From Puccinia triticina (taxonomy: Eukaryota), in assembly GCA_026914245.1 (NCBI GenBank), contig CP110440.1:2480001-2544000 (forward strand): a DNA stretch of 64,000 nt. Reading direction: 5' to 3'. A program made the translations under genes and the position numbers. Below, in pieces: positions 13,848-24,901 of this stretch. The notes under the pieces are model-generated. The model did not search any database. It was not told the origin of the DNA and saw only the letters and a program-made list of their open reading frames with translations. Within the stretch, counting starts at the first letter, position 1; each line of letters begins with the position of its first letter.

Positions 13848-16800
13848 ATGGACGGCCACCGCCAAGACAACAACGCTGCCGATGGGGCAGCCCCTCAGCC
13901 AACCTCCGGAATGTTGCCAGAATATAATTCAATTTTCGATATCATTGAAGGAAATCCCTTCGGACAGAGCCACATGGACCTCGCGGATCCCGCTGAGGTG
14001 GCCAGGCAGCGCCAAAACAGGTTTCTCTTCAACGCGCCCATGGGGGCCCATGTCCCTGCGGGGCCTCTGGCCTCCAATGGTCTGCCCATGGCGAGTGGCA
14101 GCTCTGCTGATCCCCTCCAGCAGCTGCTCGACGCCGCAGGCTCTCATGCTCACACTGGCGGCCTGGATGTCGACTACATGGACCTCCAATTTTTCGGATT
14201 CGGCACATCGCCGGCGGCGTTCAACCATCATGGCCCGCAAGACGCCGCCGATGTTCCCAGCTGGAGTGATAGCCTCCTCATGGGTATTACCCATTCGGAG
14301 CCGCAGCCGCAACAGCAGCCCGGCACCGAGGCGTGGCTGGACCCAATTCTGGCAGAGTTGGCCCCGGCACCTCAGGTTGCTGCCGCCCCTCAAGGCCCTT
14401 CTGCAGCCTATGCTCCCGCGCAACCCTTCTTCACCGGCGCCCAACCCGCTCCGGGGCAGCCCTTCCCCGAGGCTTCTCAGGCCGCTCCCCCGCAACCCTT
14501 CCACACCGGAACGGATGGCAACCAGCCGCTTCGGTTCGAGGACCTCATGGATTACCCTGGATCCCCTCAACGTTCCCCTTCCAACGCCGGCACAGGCCCT
14601 GCAATGATGATTGACGGGCCTGCTGCTGGACCTGCACTCCCATTCGTGCCTCCGCCCATCGATCCGGACGAGACTGTTGCCTACGCCAATCGCTCTAGTC
14701 CTCGACTCAACCGGGGCGAGCTTGGCCTTGAATCTATGTTCCGTGAAATGGAAGAGCAGGCTGAGCGGGGCGCCGCGCTTCGTGACAACAATCGCCCCAG
14801 TGATTCTGCTCCCGCAGCACCCGCCTTAGAGTCGTCTCCGTCAGAAGACACAAGCGAGTCTATGCGATCCCTCTTTGGGGGCTCCAATGACAACAATTCT
14901 TCCAAGCCCCCCTCCCCGCATGGAGGCGAGTCCGCAGGCCCTGCTGGCCCAGGCTCTCCTGCACCCCCGCGAAACCCCTCCCCAGCTGCTGCGCCAGCCC
15001 AAGCTCCAGCCACGCAAAACTCGCCTCAACGCCACACACCTGATCCGCAGCGTTCCGAAGACGATGAGCAGAGCTCACCTGAAGGCCTTTTTGGTGGAGA
15101 CGAAGACGACGAATCCGAGTCGCCGCCTGCAGCAACCACCTCTGTGCAAGCGGGCTCGGGTCAAACGGGCGGCGACCCACCTCGCCCTGCCCTTCCTCCA
15201 CTTGCGCTACCCCCCAGAGGAAGACCTGGTGTTGTACCTGCAGGCGCTGCTCCCACTATTCAACTAGCGCTACCCCCTAACGGGAGACCTGGTGTTTCCC
15301 CCCGCCGTGCTGCTCCCACTATTCAACTAGCGCTACCCCCCAACGGGAGACCTGGTGTTTCCCCCCGCCGTGCCGGTCCCGCAATTCAGTTAGCGCTTCC
15401 CCCCAACGGGAGACCCGGTGTTTCAGGGGGCCCCGCAGCTGCCCCTCCCCCTCCCCCTCCCGCCCCGCGCACCGCGGCACCGCGCACTGCCCCATCGCTG
15501 TTTGTGCCACGCCCTGGGACCGGACGTACGATCGCCACCAGAAGTTCCAAGAGCCCTCAACCCCCAGCCGCCAGCCAGCCCGCCGCTCGAAAGCAACCCC
15601 GCAATGCTCAAGCTTCCTCCACCACTGGCAGCACCTCGCAGCCTCCCGCCCAGTCCTCTTCAGCCAACCCTGCAACATCCAACACCGGGGGAGCCAAGAA
15701 AGTAACCAAGGGCGAACGCGTAAAGTGCGACGAGTGTGGCGCTGATCTGGCTAAATCGAGCCTGAGGAAACACAAGATTGCCAAACACGCTCCGCCGCCA
15801 ACTCAACCTCCCTGCCCATTCTGCGATGGACCAAAAACTTCTCTTGATATCGCGCGCCACATCAGGAAGTGCCACGAGGATATCTATGAACGAATGCAGC
15901 GGACCGGCGAGAAAGCGGAAGACATTGCGCGTGAATACGCCGCCAACCAGGCCAACCAGAACACTTCTAACCCTTCTGCTGGCCCGAGTCGTGCCACTGC
16001 CGGCCCGAGTCGTGCCCCTGCTGGTCAGGGTATTGCCACTGCCGGCCCGAGTCGTGTCCCTGCTGGTCAGGGTAATGCCACTGCCGGCCCGAGTCGTGCC
16101 CCTGCTGGTCAGGGCAATGCCCCTGCCGGCCCGAGTCGTGCCCCTGCTGGTCAGGGTAATGCCTCTACAGATATCCCAATTATCCCAGATGGTGATATCC
16201 CAGTTATCCCAGAGGGTGACATCCCAGTGCCAGATTTCTCCGCGCTCCCGACGTGCTCAGGACGATCCAACCCAGGTCCAGTGGCCAGCACGTCTACTTT
16301 ACCCCCTGCCAAAAGACAACGCAGGGCGGCCACGGCTAAAGCCAGTGGCAGGGCCGCAACCGACAAGAAGGGCAAGGGTAAGGCACGCGCAGTCGACCCT
16401 TCTTCCGACGAAGATGAGGGAACGGGCCGCAAGAAGAAACCCAAGAAGCGGGCACCCGCTGGAGCAGAGGGAACGGGCCGCAAGAAGAAACCCAAGAAGC
16501 GGGCACCCGCTGGAACAGGCAGAGTCCCCAAACCAACCGCGCAATGCCCTATTTGCAAAAACTTCCGATCAGTCAAGAATATGAAAAGGCATATTAAATC
16601 CCATGATCCAAACACCTCATACCCCTGCCCCATCTGTGGAGACCCGCTTAGGAACCCAGGTGACATCAATCGCCACATAGAAGCCAAACATCCGGGACAT
16701 GAACTCCCGATGCGTGCCGTGGAGGAGGGGGAGGAGGAGGAGGAGGAGGAGGAGGAGGAGGGTGAGGAGGAGGAGGAGGAGGAGGAGGAGGAGGAGGAGG

Positions 16801-16877
16801 AGGAAGATGAGCAAGAAGAGCAAGAGTACAATCAACCTGAAGGTTCCAACTCTCGCTCAAAGAGAAAGAGGAACTGA
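13848..16877 (+). CDS. C2H2 zinc-finger protein (two finger pairs), largely disordered, 1009 aa
   Basis: Single ORF. Fingers CDEC..HKIAKH, CPFC..HIRKCH, CPIC..HIKSH, CPIC..HIEAKH. NLS-like RKKKPKKR twice, poly-Glu tail, internal tandem repeats. Confidence 0.85.
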   Translation: MDGHRQDNNAADGAAPQPTSGMLPEYNSIFDIIEGNPFGQSHMDLADPAEVARQRQNRFLFNAPMGAHVPAGPLASNGLPMASGSSADPLQQLLDAAGSHAHTGGLDVDYMDLQFFGFGTSPAAFNHHGPQDAADVPSWSDSLLMGITHSEPQPQQQPGTEAWLDPILAELAPAPQVAAAPQGPSAAYAPAQPFFTGAQPAPGQPFPEASQAAPPQPFHTGTDGNQPLRFEDLMDYPGSPQRSPSNAGTGPAMMIDGPAAGPALPFVPPPIDPDETVAYANRSSPRLNRGELGLESMFREMEEQAERGAALRDNNRPSDSAPAAPALESSPSEDTSESMRSLFGGSNDNNSSKPPSPHGGESAGPAGPGSPAPPRNPSPAAAPAQAPATQNSPQRHTPDPQRSEDDEQSSPEGLFGGDEDDESESPPAATTSVQAGSGQTGGDPPRPALPPLALPPRGRPGVVPAGAAPTIQLALPPNGRPGVSPRRAAPTIQLALPPNGRPGVSPRRAGPAIQLALPPNGRPGVSGGPAAAPPPPPPAPRTAAPRTAPSLFVPRPGTGRTIATRSSKSPQPPAASQPAARKQPRNAQASSTTGSTSQPPAQSSSANPATSNTGGAKKVTKGERVKCDECGADLAKSSLRKHKIAKHAPPPTQPPCPFCDGPKTSLDIARHIRKCHEDIYERMQRTGEKAEDIAREYAANQANQNTSNPSAGPSRATAGPSRAPAGQGIATAGPSRVPAGQGNATAGPSRAPAGQGNAPAGPSRAPAGQGNASTDIPIIPDGDIPVIPEGDIPVPDFSALPTCSGRSNPGPVASTSTLPPAKRQRRAATAKASGRAATDKKGKGKARAVDPSSDEDEGTGRKKKPKKRAPAGAEGTGRKKKPKKRAPAGTGRVPKPTAQCPICKNFRSVKNMKRHIKSHDPNTSYPCPICGDPLRNPGDINRHIEAKHPGHELPMRAVEEGEEEEEEEEEEGEEEEEEEEEEEEEEDEQEEQEYNQPEGSNSRSKRKRN

Positions 16878-18489
16878 TCCTCCCCTCTCATTCCTTTGCC
16901 GGTGCTCTTTGGTGTGTACCCTATTTCATCTTCTTTTTTTCTATTGACTCGTTCCACTCCACCCCCTTCAAATCCCATGTGCTGGCCACTTCTCATTTCT
17001 CACTATTCGGGATACCCTCTGGCAGAACTATTTTTTTCTCTACTACTAACATTTCTGCCCTTTCAATTGCACTGTATAAAGTTGCTTTCTGCTTCTTAGT
17101 TGTCTTTCTCTATGCCTGCTCTTCTAGTCTCTACAATCTTTATCAAACTCCATAATTTAATCTTGCACCGTATAAAGTTGCCGCCATCTTTTCACATAGA
17201 TCTCGCTTGTCTGCTCCTACTGCTCTCTATTTTGACTTAATCAGTAATAAAAAAACTAAAACCATCTTTATCACTGTGAGCATAATCAAGCCTTTTCTGC
17301 CGAGAACGGTTTGAGAAATCCACTGCTGGTTTCAGTACTTGATAAAATTTCATGAGTTGATTTTTGGCCTTGGACCTGGATCTAACAAGCCGAAGATCCA
17401 CCGATGCTGACTTGAATTGGACAGGCCGGGAGATCAGAAGCCTCATAAATGGTGAAATACCCTTTTTTCCTTCCTCGCATATTTTTTGTGAGTGAGGTAA
17501 AAGATGTTGCCTTCACGCTCTTTAACAATCATCCTTCCCTTCCCCGGATTGGATTCATTTCATTACGCGGTTTATTTAATTATACAAAATCTAGTTTTAT
17601 TATCCTCACTGATTCTTTCCTCCCTTTTTACTCGAGAGAACACATTGATCTCAGCCTTAGTTGAAAAGCCACCTCTACATGTTCTTCACATTTATACGCA
17701 CCGGCTGCCGACATAAGTCAGGATCAAGTGCCCAATACAACTTGAGAAGATGGGAAAATCCTCAGCAGGAGCGCACAAGATTGAATACATGGAGGAGAAA
17801 ACAGAACAGAACGAGACCTCTTTAAAGCGGAAGCGTGGTCTTGGAGGCAGAACATATAATTCGCGAGGAATGCTACTCCAATAAGCTTAAATGGTGTGGC
17901 CGGAAAGTTTTCCCTTTCATGAGCGGCTGGCGCACAGCTGCGCCCTATGTTAGCTGGTATGTGTATGAATCCCTCTTGTGAAATTAACTGATTCCCTCTC
18001 TTGCCTGAGGCTTTGGTGGAGGTACTTATGACTTATTAGTTATCAAGAATGTTTGCGTGAGAGATATTTTGGTTTTGGTGGTGTTTTCCTTTGAACAACC
18101 AGAACTCAACTCTGAACATACGGAACCTTCTGAATTTTTGGTGGATGGTACACCTGCATCTGCTCCTCCTCCTGATATAATTTCAGACTCCCCCACCCCC
18201 ATCTTCACCTTGCTTTTATTTTTCTAAAACATCCATTTCCTTGAGTTTCTTGGAATTTCCACCAGATCAGAAAACAAATGCCCGTGCACAGTCATCTCAA
18301 GATCAATTTGCTGGATAAAGTCAACTTTCATTGGTTTGGTGAGCTATGTTGATACAGAATGAAACACCGGGAAATATGTGGCACGCCGAAGCCCAAGAGG
18401 GATCCCTCTTGGCCAGCAGGTATACATGTACCATCTCGCCAAGAGGGATCCCTCTTGGCCAGCTGGTGGAGCTACATGTTGGTGTGCTG

Positions 18490-18700
18490 CATGCTGCATT
18501 GTGCCATGCTACAGAAATTTTAGCGCCAAAAAATTCCAAAAAGCCACTAGAAAGTGTAGCAGGCCGTTTTTTGTGCCCTGTGTGTGTAGCGCTAGCTCAG
18601 ATCCCCCACAATTGTGCTAACACTTCACTAAATGTTAGTCAAATTCCACTACACAACACCATGGTAATGCTGCGGTTAGCATAGCTGGCCCATTGGTAGT
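18490..18700. repeat. Degenerate copy of the TAGCG-rich MITE
   Basis: GCGGTTAGCATAGCTGGCCCATTGG near 18670-18695 matches the reverse complement of the left end of 47539-48011. Confidence 0.5.
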
Positions 18701-19753
18701 TCATTGGTAAAGATCTGTTGATTTTCCAGCCTTCTCAAAATCAAGATGGGGATCCAACCTACCAATTTCCAGTCATTTGCATCATTATCCTTGTGAGGTT
18801 GGTCGTGGAAAGATCTCTCACACATCTGACCAAACAGGAATCACCCAATTGACTGTAGGGCTCACCATACCTGATGCAACTTGCTCAATGGCAGATATTT
18901 TAGATTGTGAAGCTTTTAAATAAGCATCATAATGGTAGGAGCAATTATTGGGGTGGGGGACACAAGAAAAACATCTTCTTTTGCAGATGTGGCAGGAGGC
19001 AGGTGCCTTTCTCAGATGGTCCCTGTGTGATTGGGCAACATCTCCTTTGAACTTTGTTGACATGGTGCTTTGGAGAGGACAGGTTATCGCATGCAAGCTG
19101 ATTGCGCCCTCACACCACAATTTTCCCTTAAATTTGTGCATCAGAGGCCAAGGGAGATCTGCTTCACAGTGTCAGAAGCATGCTCAGATGCCATGCGTGT
19201 GTGTATGGCAGGGGGAGACTGTCTTATTTTCTTTATTCCCCTTTTCGTACATCTAGACATAAAAATCTCTTGCGCACGTCCCTCATCATCACCGTCATGA
19301 AGTCCAAAATCAAACCTAAATAATCCCTGCATCATTGCAGGCATGCTTTTCTCATACTTTTAATCATGTACATACTTGTGATCTAAACTTTTGCTTCTTA
19401 TTCTTTTGTTATCTCTTTACGCTCTTTTCCGTTCAGCTGGAGTCAAAAGTGTCTTGTCGGAGTCATCATTTATGATTTAAATCTTATTGTCTCAGGTCAC
19501 TTCGTATTATCCTGAAATTTACAGTTCAGACCAGCTTTTAGGTTGTGTAGTGCTCACCCTCCATCCGGTCAGCGTAGTACAACAAGCTGTGTTTTCCCAC
19601 TCCATGCCGGAAGGAAGCAGCCATTCAACAAAAATGGCACCAAATTGGAATGGTAAAACTAATCTTTGAACTTAGGATTCAGGTGGTGAACAAGATCACA
19701 TTCAGTGCCAAGCATATGAAGAGAGAGATTCCGGAGTCACAGCGAAGAGGGGG

Positions 19754-21945
19754 CTAGTGGGAGTATCTTTTTGTGGGTGTGGATCTCTTCAATGAGGCTT
19801 CCGTTTTTTTTTTTGCAGCATGCTGTTCCTCGTCAGGTCCTCCGGCCATCTGCTCGCCTGGCATCGGAATCATCAAAGCCCACTGCTGTACACAGCCGAC
19901 TTTGCCAAGGGGTCCCTCGAACAGTTTCCCGTCTTCGGCATGATACTGCTGGGATTTGAAGGCCGGATAAACGTCGGGTGGGACAAGGAAGTAAAGCCTG
20001 GGGTGAGAGTCAGACGTGTTGACCACCTCGTGAGCCTCGCTGAGGCTCTGGTGCTTGATCGGACGGGTTTGCGAAACAGACACTTGGAAAAAAGTTGCCG
20101 GTCCACGCAACATATCGAGTGACGACAGGCACCTCGGTGGTCAGGTCCACTTCTTCCCAAGCTCAGAAGACTTGACACTCGGCCGCGGGAAACGTGACCT
20201 CAAGGCTCTGGCCGCCCCGCGGATCTCCTAATTCGCAACGTCTACGGACTTGGAACCTTCCCCCATCTCCCAACACAGCATGAGCGTAGCACTCGAACAT
20301 CAGTCCACGGAGGTTGTCAAAATTGTAGTCTAAACCGTAGTTGCCAGGATTTTGGAGGAAAGGCTTCAGGTCAGTGTGAATTTGCCGCGCAAATCTGTCG
20401 ACCACTGCCTTCTCAACTCGGCGTGATGCCCATGCCAACTGATAGTGAGCAAGATTTCCATCGGGGTGTCTACATAGGTGTATCATATGATGTGAATACT
20501 CTCTCCGTCAGGCCTTCTGTCCCGATGTGCATATAAGATATTGATCAATCGACCTTGGTTGATGGCTTGAGTCAGCTTCACGACTAGATCATGCAATACA
20601 GCATCAGTGTTGCCAGATGCTTCGAGTTCAGCTGACTCAAAAAGCTGGTCCATGAGGTCTGTCGGCAATATTTCTTCATCTGGATAGAGGAAGGCTTGGC
20701 AATTTTTCAATTCCTCATCACTCCACGGTTCCATATACAATAGCTCTGATCTCGGTATCTTGAGAACTATTTTGTAATGGTCGCGCAGTGGAGAGGTGAG
20801 GACTAGCGTCCAGGCGTTGACAAAGGACAGCATTGGAGCTTGACCATCCACAATGTACATGGTTTCGGGATTGGCGAGAGCGCTGAGGAGCTCAGGACTG
20901 TCAGAAGCTACCCGTTCAACGCCCCTTGAAGTCATCAAATAGGTCGGAGGAACACCCAATCCAGATGAAACAGGCTGCCACACCACAGTTTTTTTCTGGC
21001 ATGCAGCAATCCACATGTAGTAAGCCGAAAAAACCGTCTTTCCAATCTCCGGAGTACCGGTAACGACTGATTTGTGAACTTTCCTGGCCTCAAAACGCTC
21101 GCAGAGCTCTTTGTATATCGGGCGGACGAGGAGGCTGCGGCCAAGGTTTCGTTCTCCAAGCACATAGGATTCTTTGAGCTTCAAATGTTGCATCTTGCCG
21201 ACGGGGACAATGGTGGCATCAGCTGGGAGAGCCTGCCAGAAGCGTCCGAGGTCCTCTAAAGGATTCGATTTGACTACAAATAAACAGACAAAACGTTTAA
21301 TAATCGAGCCGAGAGAGAGGGGGGGGGGGACAAGAGCTTTAACTTTGCATTGCTGGCAGGGGAGGTACCTTTGAATATGAGAGGAGTCTCCAAGAAGGGG
21401 CAACAAGCAAGTTCTGCGGCGTGTTCTTCAAGGCGCGAGGTTGGAGTGAGCGCCTCCGTTTCTTTGGTGGTATGCAAAGTGATATTTGACGTGTCGGTGG
21501 CAATCAAATAATTCGTGAATTTATCTCTTGCCGCGCGCGCGAGGTCTTCAACCGATACCAGATCTTCCGTTTGAACAACAACAAGAATTTCCTTGAATGA
21601 TAACAAAATTTTCGGAGGAGCCTTGGGAATATGAGATTGCGTGTGGACCGACTTCTGAGTGTGGGATGGGAGGTCCTCTAGGGCGTCTGATTTGACGACA
21701 AATAATCAGACGGAACAGTTAATAATCAAGCACAGAGAGTTTTAGGTTTGCATTGCTGTCACAAGGGTTTGGGCGCGGACGGGACAGAGGCTGACCTTTG
21801 ATTAGAAGAGGAGTCTCCGGGGCGGCGCAACGGGATAGTTGTTCAGCGTTTGCTGCAAGGCGTGAGGATGAAGTGAGTGCCTCTGCATGTTTGGTGGGAT
21901 GCAGAGTGATCTCAGAGATGTTGAAATGACGCAAACTCAACACAA
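19754..21945 (-). pseudogene. Crinkler (CRN)/RHS-like effector pseudogene: two ubiquitin-like N-terminal domains + P-loop NTPase + restriction-endonuclease-fold domain
   Basis: Motifs VVTGTPEIGKT (P-loop variant), YIVDG, LTSP..HYK, LYMEPWSDEELK, RGLMFECYAH, FFQVSVSQTRPI, LYFLVPPDVY, VQQWALMIP. Frameshift near 20500 in a GA run, stop at 20163, frame change near 20115. Confidence 0.8.
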
Positions 21946-22085
21946 GTCCCGATTCATTACGGGGGTATGGCTCGGGGGTGGCTGGTTCGGGGCCCCCGGC
22001 TGGAGTGGCCTCGCCGTATGACGGTTGACCCCATTCTCCCGGGAAAGTCGGAGCACACCACTACATCTCCAGATACCGACCCATC

Positions 22086-24204
22086 ATGGCTGTGTGCGTT
22101 TCCGGTTCAGTCCTCCTCTCCAATGTATCATGACTGACAATCTCGACGGATGTCCACCACCCGTAGTTGCTCCTTCTTCTTGAGAGGCACTTGCAAAGTT
22201 GAGCTTTTTTTTTTGGCTTTGTGTATGGTTTACAAGCGGTGACTGATGATTAATTCTCTTCTGATTAGTATGGCAGCAATTGCCGGAACTCTCACGTGGT
22301 CGATGGGGCCAACAAGGCCGCCACTAACAGTAGCGCTTTACCGGGGCCTGACAGCTTCGAAACGTGAGTGGATTCCGCAAGCGGCGTTTATATATACGAG
22401 AAGCAGGATGATCGATCTTGTTTAAACATGTTATACGCGATATTTTTCATGTAGATAGGATTTCCCGGACGATGCAAGACGACCTGACGAGCGAGAAACC
22501 GCTGTACTATCTCTCGGTTTACTCACCCCACAAGTCAGCCATTAACATGATTGATGGCACCGACGTGTCGCCGGAAGAGCTCCGGTTCCAAGCCTATCAA
22601 GCTCGCGCCAACAACACAACCTCCCAATACGTAAGCTTTGGATTCCCACGGCCGACCCGATCAAACAAACTTGCTGGATGATTGATTCTGAAGTCTTCCC
22701 CGGAGTGCAGGTGGCCCATGAAAGTCAGCTTCTACAGCAGATGGATTCGGTGGTGAAGATGGTCACCCAGAACCCGAAGGAATCCTACAAGCATTTCTAC
22801 CACACCCAGAAGGCGCTAAACGATCCGAGCTCGACGTTCCGGAAGCCCACGGGAGGGGTGACGTCATTTGGGGTGAGTGCGTTTGGCTCGCCGAGCCCAG
22901 CGAGCGGCGGCGCATTTGGGCAAGCGGCCCAAGCTTTTGGGGGGTCTTCTTCTGCGGGCGGGTTCGGGGCGTTCAGCTCGCAGACCTCGACGACTCCGAC
23001 GGTGTCAGCGTTCGGCCAGCCGTCGTCGGTCCGGCCAGCGATGAGCGCCTTTGGCCAGCAACAACAGCCCTCGGCCTTCGGCACGCCTTCCTCCTCCGGC
23101 ACGCAGCCCGGGCCGGCGACCGCGTTTGGAAAGCCGTCCGCATTCGGCGCGCCCGCGGCCTTCGGCGCTCCCTCGGCACCGTCCGCCTTTGGCCAGCCTT
23201 CCCCATTCGGAGCCGCCTCTGCTTTCGGCAGCACGGCCAACCCCTCTGCGAGTGCCTTCGGGATGGCCTCTCAGCCGACCGGCGGCTTTGGCTCGGCTGC
23301 GCAGGGCACCTCGGGCTTCGGGGCAAGCGCCCAGACTGCCCCCGCCTTCGGGGCGGCCTCGACCGGCTCGTCCGTCTTCGGCGCAGCCACTCAACCAGCG
23401 ACATCAACTCCCTCGGCCAGCGCCTTTGGCGGCCAATCGGCGCTCGGCACCTCGACGAGCGCATTCGGCCAGCCCACGACCGGTTCGGGCACAAGCTTTG
23501 GTCACCCATCCGCCTTCGGCCAGGCCCAGCAGCAGAGCCCATCCTCCGCATTCGGAAAGCCGTCGGCATTCGGCCAGTCCGCATTCGGGAAACCGGCCGC
23601 CTTTGGCCAGTCGGGCTTCGGCCAACAACCGGGCCCCTTCGGAGCAGGCCCCGCGACTCCCACTCCTTCGATGACGCCTCAGACAACGACCACAACGGCC
23701 TTCGGACAATCGTCGGCCTTCGGAGGCACAGGACCATCGACAACGCCGTTCGGCCAGCCTCCCTCCACCATGACCACTCCCCCATCAAGCAATACTCAAG
23801 CCGGTGGTCAGGGGCCGGCCGGGGCCGGCGGCTTTGCCGCTTTTGCGGGCGCCTCGCTTGCCACCCCGAGCTTCTCATCCCTCAACCAAGCTACTACTAC
23901 CCCTCCCTCGACCACTCCGGAAGCTCCCAAGCCGACAGTCTCCGCCTTCGGGACCCCGGCCTCCTCCCTCCCCGCGCCCACCAAGCCCGCCCCTTCCTCG
24001 TCGTTCTTCGGCTCCACTCCTGCCAACCACGCCCAGCCCTCCTCCCTCAAATCCGCCGCAAATACCTTCAAACTCGTCGACCCTTTCTGGGCTGACGCTC
24101 CCGCTGAACAAGATCTGTCGCCCGCCCTTCTCGCCGCTTTTAAGGCCGATCTCTTCGCTTGGGAGTGTATTCCGGACGTCCCTCCTCCCCTCTCCCTACG
24201 CTAA
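22086..24204 (+). CDS. NUP42: FG-repeat nucleoporin Nup42/Amo1 (hCG1/NUPL2)-like with N-terminal CCCH finger
   Basis: Micro-exons splice to MAVCSFFLRGTCKYGSNCRNSH (C-x7-C-x5-C-x3-H). Also D.SPEELRFQAY motif, many SAFG/xFG repeats and a C-terminal AFKADLFAWECIPDVPPP resembling the Gle1-binding motif. Confidence 0.85.
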
Positions 24205-24901
24205 CACCCCCTCTCTTGTAATCCCTCACTCTCTCTTGGTGTCTGAAATGACAGGGTTTTTTTTCTTAATTTTTTAATGTCGTTTCCACTCAAAAAAGAA
24301 GTGCGTAATGTATACTTCTGCCTTAGAACTTTTTACAGTCAGATATACATATATACACATACTCATGTTTGCATGTGCAGGTTTTTTTTTGTTACGGCCG
24401 TCACTATGTAATGTACATACACTTTCTTCCTCTTTGCTTTTTCTTTTGCTACTTTGCATTTGCTTGTGCGTTAGCTGAGGGTTCCAAAAACCTGAAAAAT
24501 CTCAGAAGTTTATAAATGTTGATGGTCATTCCCTGAATCAGAAACTCCCATTCTAACCCCTCCTCCAAATTTCGACTTGAACTTCGACTCTGGGAGCAAC
24601 ATGTCACAAGAGGATTTCAACACAACCACAGAACAACACAAAACAACACAAAAAATGGAAAGGAAACAACAAGAGAAAAGAGAAAGAAAACAACGGACCG
24701 GAGCGGTGAACCATTAACGTTGCAATTCCCCTTCTTGAAGATCTTGAGGCCTGTCCACATTTTGACTCTTGAGGTAGAACTGTGAATGTCCCGTTCTGCC
24801 TTCTTGACACCATGAATGAGCTGAATATTCTTGATCCTGAATAGCGCACCGATCTGAACACCATGCTGTAAACTTGTAACTATTTGAATGAGAGGCCTGC
24901 T

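Noticed and set aside
17237..19344. Short ORFs as a gene
   Set aside because: No coherent exon chain or recognisable motif; interspersed with MITE debris.
22678..22710. ORF-track start of the 508-aa nucleoporin ORF
   Set aside because: It lies in an intron (GTAAGC at 22631 to GCAG at 22710); the true start is inferred at 22086.
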